A DNA stretch of 64,000 nt from Zygnema circumcarinatum SAG 698-1b (Eukaryota; Plantae; Zygnematophyceae): positions 2,170,001 to 2,234,000 of the forward strand of contig CM074814.1 in NCBI GenBank assembly GCA_037447605.1. Direction: 5' to 3'. Under the pieces are notes generated by a model, which worked only from the letters and a program-made list of their open reading frames with translations, was not told the DNA's origin and ran no database searches. Positions 29,277-40,166 of this stretch are shown here, piece after piece. The position numbers and the translations under genes are program-made. Every line of letters starts with the position of its first letter. Within the stretch, counting starts at the first letter, position 1.

Positions 29277-29345
29277 ATGTGGCATTGATCTCAAGATGGC
29301 GATGCCATCAAATGTGCATGGACAAAATCATCATGGGAACATGAA
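29277..29345. repeat. Dispersed hairpin-containing repeat, copy 1 (others at 39481-39580 and, inverted, 48495-48603)
   Basis: Shared core GTGGCATTGATCTCA.GATGGCGA.GCCATCAAATGT.CATGGACAAA. Confidence 0.8.
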
Positions 29346-29922
29346 CATGACATCATCACCTTGTCATGTATTATCCACATGAAGCGCCAGGACCACTTTC
29401 AGAGGGCGGTCTGCCTCCATGCCCTCCTCCTCCTCAGGGGGAGCGCAGGGTCCCAAATCCGACCTCGCCCTCCCCTCGCCGCTTGCAGGCCCGCCCTCCT
29501 CCTCCTCCTCCCTCCTCCCGAGCCTCCTCACCGCCCTCCGAGGGGAGTCCGAGTCCGTGCGAGGCCGCGAACCGCCAAAGGGCGACGCAGTTTTCCATTT
29601 CTGCCAAGCCCCCGCCCCCACCGGAGGAGTCAACCTTCCTTTCGGCTGCGCCCCAACCAACTCGGAGAAGGAGGATAGGGATGCATGTGTCCTGAGCTAT
29701 TGGCGCTATTGACACAACGGTGGGCCAATGATAGCCGGACACCGAAATCTCTATCAAGAGAAGGCATTCAACCGTGGAAGCCATGTTTCCTTCATATACA
29801 GTTTCCTTCCTCTGTGAAAAAAACATGAGGGAGACTATGAGCCACCCCTTGCCCTGCCCCCTCCAATCCTTCCTTCCGGGGGACCTCCCGCCCTTGCCTT
29901 ACCTTGCAGAGCAGACGGCCAC

Positions 29923-32900
29923 TCAGGGCGAGCCTGCGACCTCTTCCTCCTCTTCAGATTCGCAGGAGATTTCGAATCGTCGCCGGCCGGAGGACGTAAC
30001 TGCGAGCGGGAGGGAAGGATGAAAACTGAACCCGTTCACCGTATCTGAAGGACGGACGGTCCCCCAAGGAACACCGTCAATGGGATTTTTAAGTCGGACT
30101 TAGAGCACACGTGTGAAAACTCCTCATCACATGCATTGCGTGAACTTTGAAGGATGTTTGCAAGGTGGGACTCCAGGTAAATATGGTTGGGGGCCCCTCC
30201 CTCCCGCCCTCCCCCCTTCCCTTGCTCCCCCTCCCCGTCCCCTTCCCCCTTCCCACGTTTCCCCCGTCCCGCCCCTTTTTCCCCCCTCCCCCTCTTCCCC
30301 CTTTCCCCCCCTTCGCCCTCCTTCTCCCCCTTCCCCCTCCCTTCCCCCTTCCACCCCCTTTCCCTTCCCCCCCTTCCTCCCCCCCTTGCCCTTTCTTCCT
30401 TTCTCCTCTCTCACTTCTCATCTCCTCTCCCTCTCCTCTCCTTCCTTCACTCCCTCTCCCCCTCTCCCTCCTCCCTTCCCATTTCTCCTTGCTCCCTCTG
30501 ATTTGCCTGCTCCTCTCACTCCTCCATCTCCTCCTCCTCTCCTCTCCTCCTTGCACTCCTCCACTCCTCCACTTCCTCCCTTCCACTCCCTCCTCCCTCC
30601 TTCCTCACTTCTCCCCTCTCCACTCTCCCCCTTCTCCCGCTCCTCCTTCCCCCTCCCCCCTTCCCTCCCCCCTCCCTCCTCCCTCCCTCCCTCTTCCTCC
30701 ACTGCACCTCCTCTTCCCTTCCCCCTCCCCCCTCCCCTCCTTCCCCCTCCCCCCTCCTCCCCTCCCTCCCACTCCTCCTCCCTCTCCCACCCTCCCTCTC
30801 CTCTCCTTTCCCTCCTTTCCCCCTCCCCCTCCTCCCCCTTTGCCTCTTGTCTCCCTCCCTCCCCCTTCCCTCCCCCTTCCCCTTCCCCCTTCCCTCCTCC
30901 CCCCCTCCCCCTTCTCCCCTCTTCTCCCTCCCTCCCCCTCCCTCCCCCTCCCTCCCTCCCTCCCCCTTCCCTCCCCCTCCCTCCCTCTCCCTCCTCTCCC
31001 TCTCTCCCTCCCCCTCCACTCTCCCCTCCCCTCCTTTCCCCTCCTTCTCCCTTCCTCCTCCTCCCTCCCTCCCCCTTCCTTTCCCCCCTTCCCCCTTCTC
31101 CCTCCCTTCTCCCTCCCTTCCCCCTCCCTCCCCCTCCCTCCCCCTTCCCTCCCCCTTCCCCCTCCCTTCCCTTCCCTCCCTTCCCTCCCTCCCTCCCCCT
31201 CCCTTCTCCCTCCCCCTCCCCTCCCCTCCCTTCTCCCTCCCTCCCCCTCCCTCCCTCTCCCTCCCCCTCCCTCCCTCCCTCCCTCCTCCCTCCCTCCCCC
31301 TCCCTCCTCCCTCCCTCTCCCTCCCCCTCCCCCCCTCCCTCCCTCCCTCCCTTCCCCTCCCCCCCTTTCCCCTTTCCCTCCCCCTCCCCCTTCCCTCCCC
31401 CTCCCCCTCTCCCTCCCTTCCCTCCTCCCCCTCCCTCCTCCCTTCCCTCCCTCCTCCCCCTCCCCCTCCTCCTCCCCCTCCCCCTCCCTCCTCTCGCTCT
31501 CCCTCTCCCTCGCTCTCTCCCTCCCTCACCTTCTCACTCCCCCACTCCCACTCCTCCCATTCTCACACTCGCCCCTGCGCCCTCCCCCTCCACCCCCACC
31601 CTCCTCCCCCTTCCTTCCCTCCGTCCCTCCCTCCTTCCCACCCTCCCTCCCTCCCTCCCTCCCTCACTACCTCCCTCCCTCACTACCTCCCTCCCTCAAA
31701 AACTAGGCCAAAGTTAAAAAGACCATGTCACCAGCATGCGGCCTACAGCAAGCTTTGCTTCCTCCGGTGAGCTCTGGCTCACCTGCAGCCGCTTGAAAAC
31801 TGTGAACGCATTCCTCTGTGGAGAGGTCAAATATGCGCACTGCACCGTCCTGTCGCATCAATCCAGAATAAAAAAGAATACGATCAGCAAACACCATCGT
31901 TTCCGGCTCTACGAGAGAGTTACGACACACTGAAAACTCCCTGCTGACTAACTAACTACTGACTACTTTACTTTACTTACTTTCTAACTTACTGCACTGC
32001 TGTCTGCTGCAACAGTGGCATCCCTCTGTCTACCCACAGAGGTCATGGCATGAACGGTTAACATCCCTAAAATCTCTAAAATGAAATCTGACCGGTGACA
32101 AAAGGTGCGAATCTATCTCAAAAAGGTGTGTGAATAGACCCTCACTACACTTGGGATGAACGGTTAACATCAAGCAAGAGAATCTCCACCGCCCATACCT
32201 CTCCGCCTGATGCCCAGTGCCGACCACACGCTTCAATGTCAAATGCGATGCGCTGATTGGCTCCTGTACTTAATCTCTGCAATCTATCTCCCCCTCACAG
32301 TCCCAGAAATGGGTCATGTTCGCAGAGCGCACCTTGACAGCCCAAACATGTTCTAGAGTGAGTGCTGAAGCTTCATCACTTCCAAATTCCTCCCCTCAAA
32401 ATAACTATGTGCAGAAGGCATGTTAACACTGCACGATGACTACTTTCAATGCAGACATCAGAAATGAAAAAAAAAGGTGTCCTCGCACATGTGCATACGA
32501 ATTGGAAGAAGCTCACCTATAGACTACTCCTGCCGTTTGGCGCACATCCCAACACAAAATCTCTGCATCCTGCCACAATAGAATCCGCCCCTTCTCTCTT
32601 GGTTGGAAAAGGGCGCCTTTCTGCTCTCCTCTCCCCCTCTCTCGTCTCGCCTCACTGTATCTAGAAGGTGAGGGAGATGTGGAACTAGTCGAGACATGAA
32701 AACTAAGCATTGAGCCATCGACAATTCTTAACCACCGCATAAACAGGTTTCGGACTCGTTGGATGAGCATCCAAAGATTCCTGAGTCATTTAAAGATAAA
32801 GAAAAAAATTACCGCACAAGAATGCGATTTAACCGTTCCTGCCCACTTCTGAACACACATCATGTTCGTTGAAGTATACAATCACCCAAAATGGCACTTT

Positions 32901-35438
32901 TCCAGTTAAACCAAAAATCATGAGCGATACATACAGATTACTCGCACTTCACAGAGCCTGCATAGCCCAAACAGAAGAGATGGAGACAAGGGGAAGACGG
33001 CTACACCTTTCGTCCGCCCGTGTAAAGATAATTCCCATCCCGGGAAAACTGAACCTGCAACCATTCGTCGTCTAAACACCATGTTTATGTTTTTTCGTGG
33101 ATTTTCTGTTGAATATCACCAGCAAATTGGCCGTGAAGCAACGGGAGGAGAAGAAGAAAGCGGGAGAGGAAGGGAGGTAAGCATGTGGGGAGGAAAGGAC
33201 CTGCGTGACACCTCCCTTTTGCCCATGCAGTACGCAGAGGAGTTCCATTGTCGATTCACTGTAAAGTCCGGTTGTGCGATTGTATGACCCACATGCAAAC
33301 ATCCCCGAGTGGTCCGGATTGAAGGCAATGCACGAGATGATGATGCCTGCAGAGAGGCCAAAAGGGTGAGAAAAATATTGTGTCCGTCATTTCGATAGCA
33401 TGCACACATCAGGAAGGAAGGAAGGCGATGAGAGGAAATGGCTGCTGTGCATGCTGAAAGTTGAAGTGCAATTCAGAGGTTTCACCACCTGTTTGACCGT
33501 CTTCGCTTCTGTTCAGAGTAGAACGCTCGGAATAGTCTCGAACGGGCCGGGCAGTATCAAAGACTCTGATCATCTTGTTGTACCCGCAGAAGAGCCTTCA
33601 CACCATCCGCCAAAAAAAATTACTTTAAAGCAAAACAAAAATTCGAGTAAAGTGAGTTCGACTTAGTTTGACTCATGAGATAATTACAAGAGGAGTTGTT
33701 GACAAACGAGCTTCATTATGCTTTCCTCTGCTCTCTATTCCGGTTCCTTGGAACAGAACAAGCGGGAAAAAGCGGACATTGTTGCAAAATGAGGAGAGAA
33801 ACAACAGTAACCTTTGCTAGAAAAAAATAGAAATCAAGTTCAGAATGCAGTCCAATCACCCCACGAGCAGACCTGAACGTGAACTACAAATTTGCTGTTG
33901 AGCTTTAATTTCTCGTTCCATAGCCTTCACATGTATAGGCTGATCTTGGATGCCACTGGAGCAACAGTCTGAATGACATGGACTGTGCTCACTTTGTACC
34001 TGATGTGTTGAATGCCAAGCTATAGGCAGCTGTAATCTCGTCCATAGCATCATATGCTCGATATGTGCAGCGCAACTGCCCCCATTGCCCCACAGCTTCA
34101 AGTCAATTTGCAGCTTATTGCGAATTCCATGTTCGAGGTCTGGACAACCTTACCGACCATTGGGTTAGGGGAAAATCTGATACAGAGCAACCAGCATCAG
34201 GAATAGCCTGCCTATTTGCAGGTTGCTACGTCAAGAAGCACACCATAGAACCACTGAGCGCACTGCTTCCATCTATCTCAAAAGCTAAGTATGGTCGTTC
34301 TAGGCTTACCATTTTTGGAAAACGATGGACTGCCTATTCAACACAATAAATCAAGCATCGAATCTCATGTTTGCGTGAATCATCCACGCATCCAACATGG
34401 GCGGCTTTTATAGGTGAACCTTACGAAATGAAAGAAGGGAAAGGATGCCGGCTCATCACCTTTGATGAGAGCGGGTGCCCATTCAACCGGAGCATTCCCA
34501 CACCTATTGTGCAATCCAGAATAAACCAGTAACTCCATTAACTGGACCTTCTGCCACTTTAAATCCTGACATCACCTCCTTCCTAATCACCTATAAGTGA
34601 AAAAATGGAATTTCAACTGTGTGCGAACATGTAGAGTCTCCACACAAGTCAATCAATTGCTGGAGAAGTAAACATGCATACTCAGCAGTATTTTGATGCA
34701 CTGGACTAAGAACCAAATAGGGTTGTGAAACGCAGTTGGGGATACTTATACATTTCAACACCATAGTCCAACACTGGCTCTCCATGGATCTGACCATAGC
34801 CCTCGTCCTGTGATCGCGTGTCGTAGGCCGGACCGTACGAGTCACACATGTCATTCAAGTAGCCCTCCCGAAGCTCAACCAGTCTCGCATGATGGTCAAT
34901 TCGTTCACTCTCTGCATTAGTGACAGTCGTCCGCTCTTCAATGACAACCTTTTCCCCATCCTCGCCAGAAGGGAAAATAGTTTCCCTGTAGACAGAGGTC
35001 GTAGAGAGAGATGCCATCTGCAATATTGGGCACAAGGAGCGAGGTCCATGCCTTTTATCAGCATCCTATGCAGCCAAATATGCAATACGATCTTGACGAT
35101 AATAAAAGGGGCGTTTCTTATTCTTATAGACCAGCTAAATACGTTACCACTACAAAAAACCGCCAAAAACGATACAAAACTACCTTTCAGCCTTCTTATA
35201 CAATTCCTGCTTGGAACTGATGCTTTTAATCAGGAAGCTTGCCTTAACGTTGCCAACCCTAAATTTTAGCCAGAGTAGTGCAAAACCTGCTTTGATTTCA
35301 GAAAGGCGGAACATCACCGTGTCCGTTAGAAGATGCTGAAACTAATCAATGAAAAGTCAGTCATACCTTTAGCAGGAGCCCTCTTCCTGCACACAAGGGC
35401 AGCGGCCCCTTCCCCGCGAAGATGAGAACGGCCGCCAT
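29923..35438 (-). CDS. WRAP53: Telomerase Cajal body protein 1 (WD40); 3' two-thirds clear, 5' WD region not cleanly recoverable
   Basis: Exons: LRCTYRAYDAMDEITAAYSLAFN (33993-34075), LFCGYNKMIRVFDTARP, CIAFNPDHSGMFACGSY..LHGQKGGVTQ, VQFSRDGNYLYTGGRK, ILCWDVR, NQRIAFDI, DGAVRIFDL (31783-31849), DTVNGFSFHPSLPLAVTSSGRRRF (from 30044; TGA at 29923). The start at 35438 is tentative. Confidence 0.85.
30190..31700 (-). repeat. ~1.5-kb homopyrimidine (+) / homopurine (-) tract inside the WRAP53 intron 30045-31782
   Basis: Almost only C/T on +. Confidence 0.95.
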
Positions 35439-36153
35439 AGCCTGATGGGACCCTCCCTCCCGGTCAAAACCAAACTCGGCCCGAGCAGGCGGCACCGTCT
35501 TGCATGGCATTCGGGTTCCTTTCCGGCTTTCAGACTCCGCGAGCTCGATTCGTCGTTGTCAAAAGGTTCAAGTGTGAACGCGCCAAATCATATCGTTCAT
35601 CCACGAAAGTCACGATTGTCAAGCAGGACCAATCAGAGAGTGCCACGTATTCAAACATTTATGTTACTGTTTCTTAAAGCACTGTACAGCAGAAACTGCA
35701 CGGACGAAAACCAAATTCTACAGTACTGTACTTGTGCCGTACTTGTGGTACTGTACGATCATACCCGTCCCCGGGTGTACTGTACAGTACTGTACTGTAC
35801 GAAATCCGTACCTTGAGGACGCGGCGCAATGAAAGAAGTCAAGACCGTACACGTTCGTACGGTCTTGGCTTGTACCAAACGGTCGCCCTCCCTCCCTCCC
35901 TCCCTCCCTCCCTCGTCTACGCAGAAGCGCCTCGACCTCTCCGATGGCGGCTGGAAGCAGCCTGTCCCTCTCCTTCTCCCTCTCCCTCTCCCTCTCCCAC
36001 TCCCACTCCCTCTCCCTCTTACCGGCGGTGCAGAAGGAGCCCGGGTCTGCGTCTGTATTGCATGCAGGGAAGAGGAGAGGGTGGCAGGAGTGTTTTCAGC
36101 AGCGGAGCGTGAGGAAGGGAAGAGGGAGAAGGCTTCTGTCGCCGCCTGCAGTT

Positions 36154-39100
36154 ATGGCACAGAGAGGACCGGCAGTGGAGAAGGCGGTGGTTGTTGGAGG
36201 AGGCCTTGCAGGGCTCCTGACTGCCTATGCGCTGCGCCGGGTCGGCGTAGATGTGCAGGTGTTCTGCCTGACCATGGCTGCTGTGTCAAGGTTCTATGGC
36301 GAAAGCGTCTTTTCGGGGAATACTTTTGCAGCTGGTTTGATTTTGAACGTTGATGTTTGATGATTTTTTCACATTAGCATGTTTCACTCCACTTCAATAC
36401 ATCAGGAACAAGTTTAATAACATTGGATTTTTCCCGTCTTATTCATGTCAGGTGTATGAGAAGTCTTCGTCAAGGGATGAGACTTCAGGCACAATGATTT
36501 CCATCTTTCCCAACGGCATGAAGGCATTGGCGGCCATCGATCCAAACCTGTCTGCAAAGGTGCGCTGTTCTCTTTTGAAGGGGCGAGTCAATGATACGCT
36601 TTCATTTCTTTTTTATTGGTTGAAATTCAGAAGCTATGAGAAAATTGCGCCTCTCTTGTATCTAAATCCGGAGACTCTACTCTTATCTGTACTGTCGAAA
36701 CAGAGAGAGGAAAGAATGAATGCATACTTTCTGCCAGTATTCACTCCTGTCATGAATCTTCCCTACAGAACAAGTAAAGTAATTCTGACTTGCAGAAGAG
36801 GCAAAACAGGACTCGTTTTAGGTATTAATCATACTGAATTGAGAACCATGCATTTTCAGATTGCAGAGAGGGGTGCGCTCTGCATAGGTCTTGAGGCGCG
36901 CTCTCCGGAGGGACGTCATTTGATGTCGTCGTCTACAAGTTATTCGGAAAAGCACGGTCAGCCTCTCGTATGCATTCGCTGGTCAAGGATTCTCGAAACT
37001 TTTCATGAATTTCTGAATGGAACAGGCTGTGTTCATACTGGCTACGCATTCACCGGCCGCCTTTCTGAGGTCCGCTTCAACTCAACTTCAACTTCGTATT
37101 GCCCATTTGCAACAAGATTTTGGAAATTGAGAGTGAAGAGCATGAAGCTGTTTCTGGTATACTCTTTGTTGTTTTATTGTCGGCAAGCAGAAGACGTTGC
37201 TTATTTCCTTTCGAGGCCAAATTTGTTTGAAACTCCTTTAGGGGATGAGTGATTCGCTTTGTATTTGAGCCGCAAAGTGCGATATGCAATCGAAATAATG
37301 CGCTGTGCACCTTTGTGTGTGCAGGAAGCCGACGAGGTCACCGCTGTTTTTGTAAAAGATGGAGAAGAAGTTACCTTGAAGGTGACCTCGTCTTGTCTGT
37401 AACCATGCCTGAGAATGTGAGCCTGCTTCACGCAAAGACCATTACAAATACTGAAGACTTTATCTATTTGTTCTGCAGACTCCTTTGCTTATCGGAGCTG
37501 ATGGAATCAGTTCATTGACACGAGCTGCTATTCTTGGAGAGAAGAATGTCGGGCCCCGTGACAATGGTCGCACTGTATGGCGTTTGATTATGCCGGATAG
37601 TGCTTTTTCACACGAAGTAAACATTCACATCGTTTGGCTTCTTTAAGATTGTCAGGTCCATCTTTTCAGAAGTGTGCTCGTTGCTTTTGGTTACCATTCT
37701 TTTATTTGTCATTGTTTTGCCGGCTGTATTTGCAGTTTTGTCCGAAGCTTCAGACGACAGCTTATGTAGCTTCAGGGAAAACGTTGATAATAAGTGATTC
37801 AGGAGAAGGTCACTTTTATTATGCATTCTCTTGCACGGACGAGGGTTCGAATAGCATCACAAAAAAGCGATCTTACGATTGTTAGGTCCATCTTTTCAGA
37901 AGTGTGCTCGCTATTTTTGGTTACCATTCTTTTATTTGTCATTGTTTGCCGGCTTTTTTCGCAGTTTTGTCAGAAGCTTCAGACGACAGCTTGTGTAGCT
38001 TCAGGGAAAACGTTGATGATAAGTGATCCAGGAGAAGGTCACTTCTATTATGCATTCACTTGCACGGACGAGGCTTCGAATAACATCACAAAAGAACGAT
38101 CAAAGTCAGCCAAAGATTGTAAACTACGACTGTTGAAGCTGTTTGAGGATTGGCCTGCATATCTGCCCATTATCGAGGTAAGAAACCTAACTATGTTACC
38201 TGTAAACTTGGAGCTGGATTTTCTCCGGGTATCTGAAGCTCGGTAATTTGCTGAATATCTTGATTTCTTGCTGCGACCCGTACTAATTGCACTAGCGGAG
38301 TTGTTGAGTTTGGTTAGGCCTTGGATGAGGAAAAAATTGTGGAAAGGAGAGTTGTGGATCTGCTGCCTCTGCCCAGCTGGAGAAAGGGAAGAGCGCTTAT
38401 CTTGGGCGGTGAGTTTGACGACTTCGAACCCCCGTTTTATTTCATGCCTTGGTCACCAAAAGGGTTATGTTGTTACATGCCCTTTTCCAGGATGGAAGAG
38501 GCTTTTGCTGCCTTTTGTTTGACTTGCGGAGAGGCAATGCTACTCTTGTTTCAGATGCGGCGCATGCGGTCACACCTACCATGGGGCAGGGGGCCAATCT
38601 GTCGTTTGAAGATGTGCTTGAACTGGCTCGACAGATCGCAGAGAACTCTTCTCTTGAGTGAGTGGCAGCCGCTTGCTATTTAGGTGGTTTTCATAGGTCC
38701 AGAGTTTTAAGTCTTCTTGTTCCTGTGATTTCAACGCTCGTATGAGTCGGAAGAGTAGGCGAGGTGACAGTAGCCGAGTGATGTTGATGTGATCCAGCAA
38801 CACTCGTAGCTGTCTGCAGATTAATGTCAGAGTGTTCCTTTTGTTGCGATTTAGTTATAGCCAAAGATGACGCGGGTGACATCATGAAACTCAACATAAC
38901 GCACATTGATAATGCAGTGTCTGGAATCCAGTAACTATTTTCTTTGAAATAATGGAATAAATGTACGTTTGCGGAGGGGTGTGGGAGGAGGCTTGCTAGT
39001 AGGAGTGATAGTTCCTCAAGTTTTGAGTACATAAGTTGGTTGACATTTTCCTCGGACTTGTGCAGGGAGGCGTTGGAGAAATACATGACGTTTCGACGGG

Positions 39101-39261
39101 AACGGGTTGAAGCCGTAGTCTCGGCCAATCAATCGGCAGCAAAACAAACGTACACCAAGAATTTGGATATCGGAAGGGCAAACGCAATCGGAGGGAACAT
39201 AGTATTTGACTATGACAGAATCAGCATTCCCCTCCCTGTACTCGATGTGCAGTATCGCTGA
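36154..39261 (+). CDS. FAD-dependent (group A) monooxygenase, UbiH/zeaxanthin-epoxidase-like fold
   Basis: AVVVGGGLAGL (GxGxxG), VYEK, LLIGADGISS (DG motif), ALILGDAAHAVTPTMGQGANLSFED (GD motif); about 9 exons; stop at 39259-39261. Confidence 0.9.
37647..38114 (+). repeat. Tandem duplication (230 + 238 bp) of an intron end plus part of a monooxygenase exon
   Basis: Units begin at GATTGT 37647 and 37877. Copy A: FCPKLQTTAYVASGK..SYDC*; copy B: FCQKLQTTACVASGK.. continuing to a donor near 38180. Confidence 0.9.
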
Positions 39262-40166
39262 GGGCCATATTGGCCTGCCTCCACTTGTAAGTGGAGTGGA
39301 AGTGGTGGAGAGGAGGCGGCTGTTGGCATTTCTCCTGTACATATAAATCTGAGAGATACAGTCCTTGTTCCTTGCTGGTAAGCTAGTTATTTATCTGGTC
39401 GTTGGATAGTATGAGTAGTTTAGTTTGTTTGACCATTCAAAGTCTCTATATTCAGTTGGTGTAGTTATGTATGAATGACAGGATGTGGCATTGATCTCAC
39501 GATGGCGAGGCCATCAAATGTACATGGACAAATAATTATGGGGAACCACGAGGAACTGGCCGCATAAGACCTAAGGACTAAATGTATGAATTCTGCTTGT
39601 GAAGTAAATATGAGCTTGTCACGAAGCGCCAGAAAAACCTGGGACAGAATTTTCCATGGGATGTCATTGGAATCTGGGATCTGTCCTTCACCATCGGACT
39701 GAGGCTGCCTTTGACGTCAAAACGGGGCGCATCCATGATCCGCATTTTTCAATATGTTGGAATCGATGCCCGAAATTGCATCTTGCAGAATTTCCAAGAC
39801 ATAATTACCAAGCGAGCGGATGAATCTTTGGAAAAGCCGCCCAAAAAATCAAGGTAACCCTAATTCATTGCTTAAGTCTCTCGTCCAGTTTTCTCAACAA
39901 ACTCGAGCAATAAAATTCCCAAGGTTTTATATAGACCGCAATAGCAGTGTACCCGTCCAAGGTCAGACAAGCCTCCAACGAGACTCAATCCTTGTACTAA
40001 CGTTTTTACATATGTCCCTCCACTACGTACCCTCTCCCCCCCATAAACAACTCGAAAGCTTCAAGACCCTAAATCTGCATTCACTTCCTGTACCATGCAG
40101 AGACATAAAGCTATGATTCAAAAAACAGGGTCGATCCTGCCCATGAAAGAGGACCCCTCTCCCTTC

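Noticed and set aside
29740-29925. Possible TGA readthrough or extra coding exon after the WRAP53 stop
   Set aside because: Spliced continuations give no convincing match to the conserved C-terminus; more likely a 3'-UTR intron.
30089-31770. 500-aa Pro/Ser/Leu ORFs
   Set aside because: Same artefact; inside the WRAP53 intron 30045-31782.
31935-32000. Cluster of GTAAGT-like donor motifs on the minus strand within a WRAP53 intron
   Set aside because: Explicable as a low-complexity AGT-rich run; no evidence of use.
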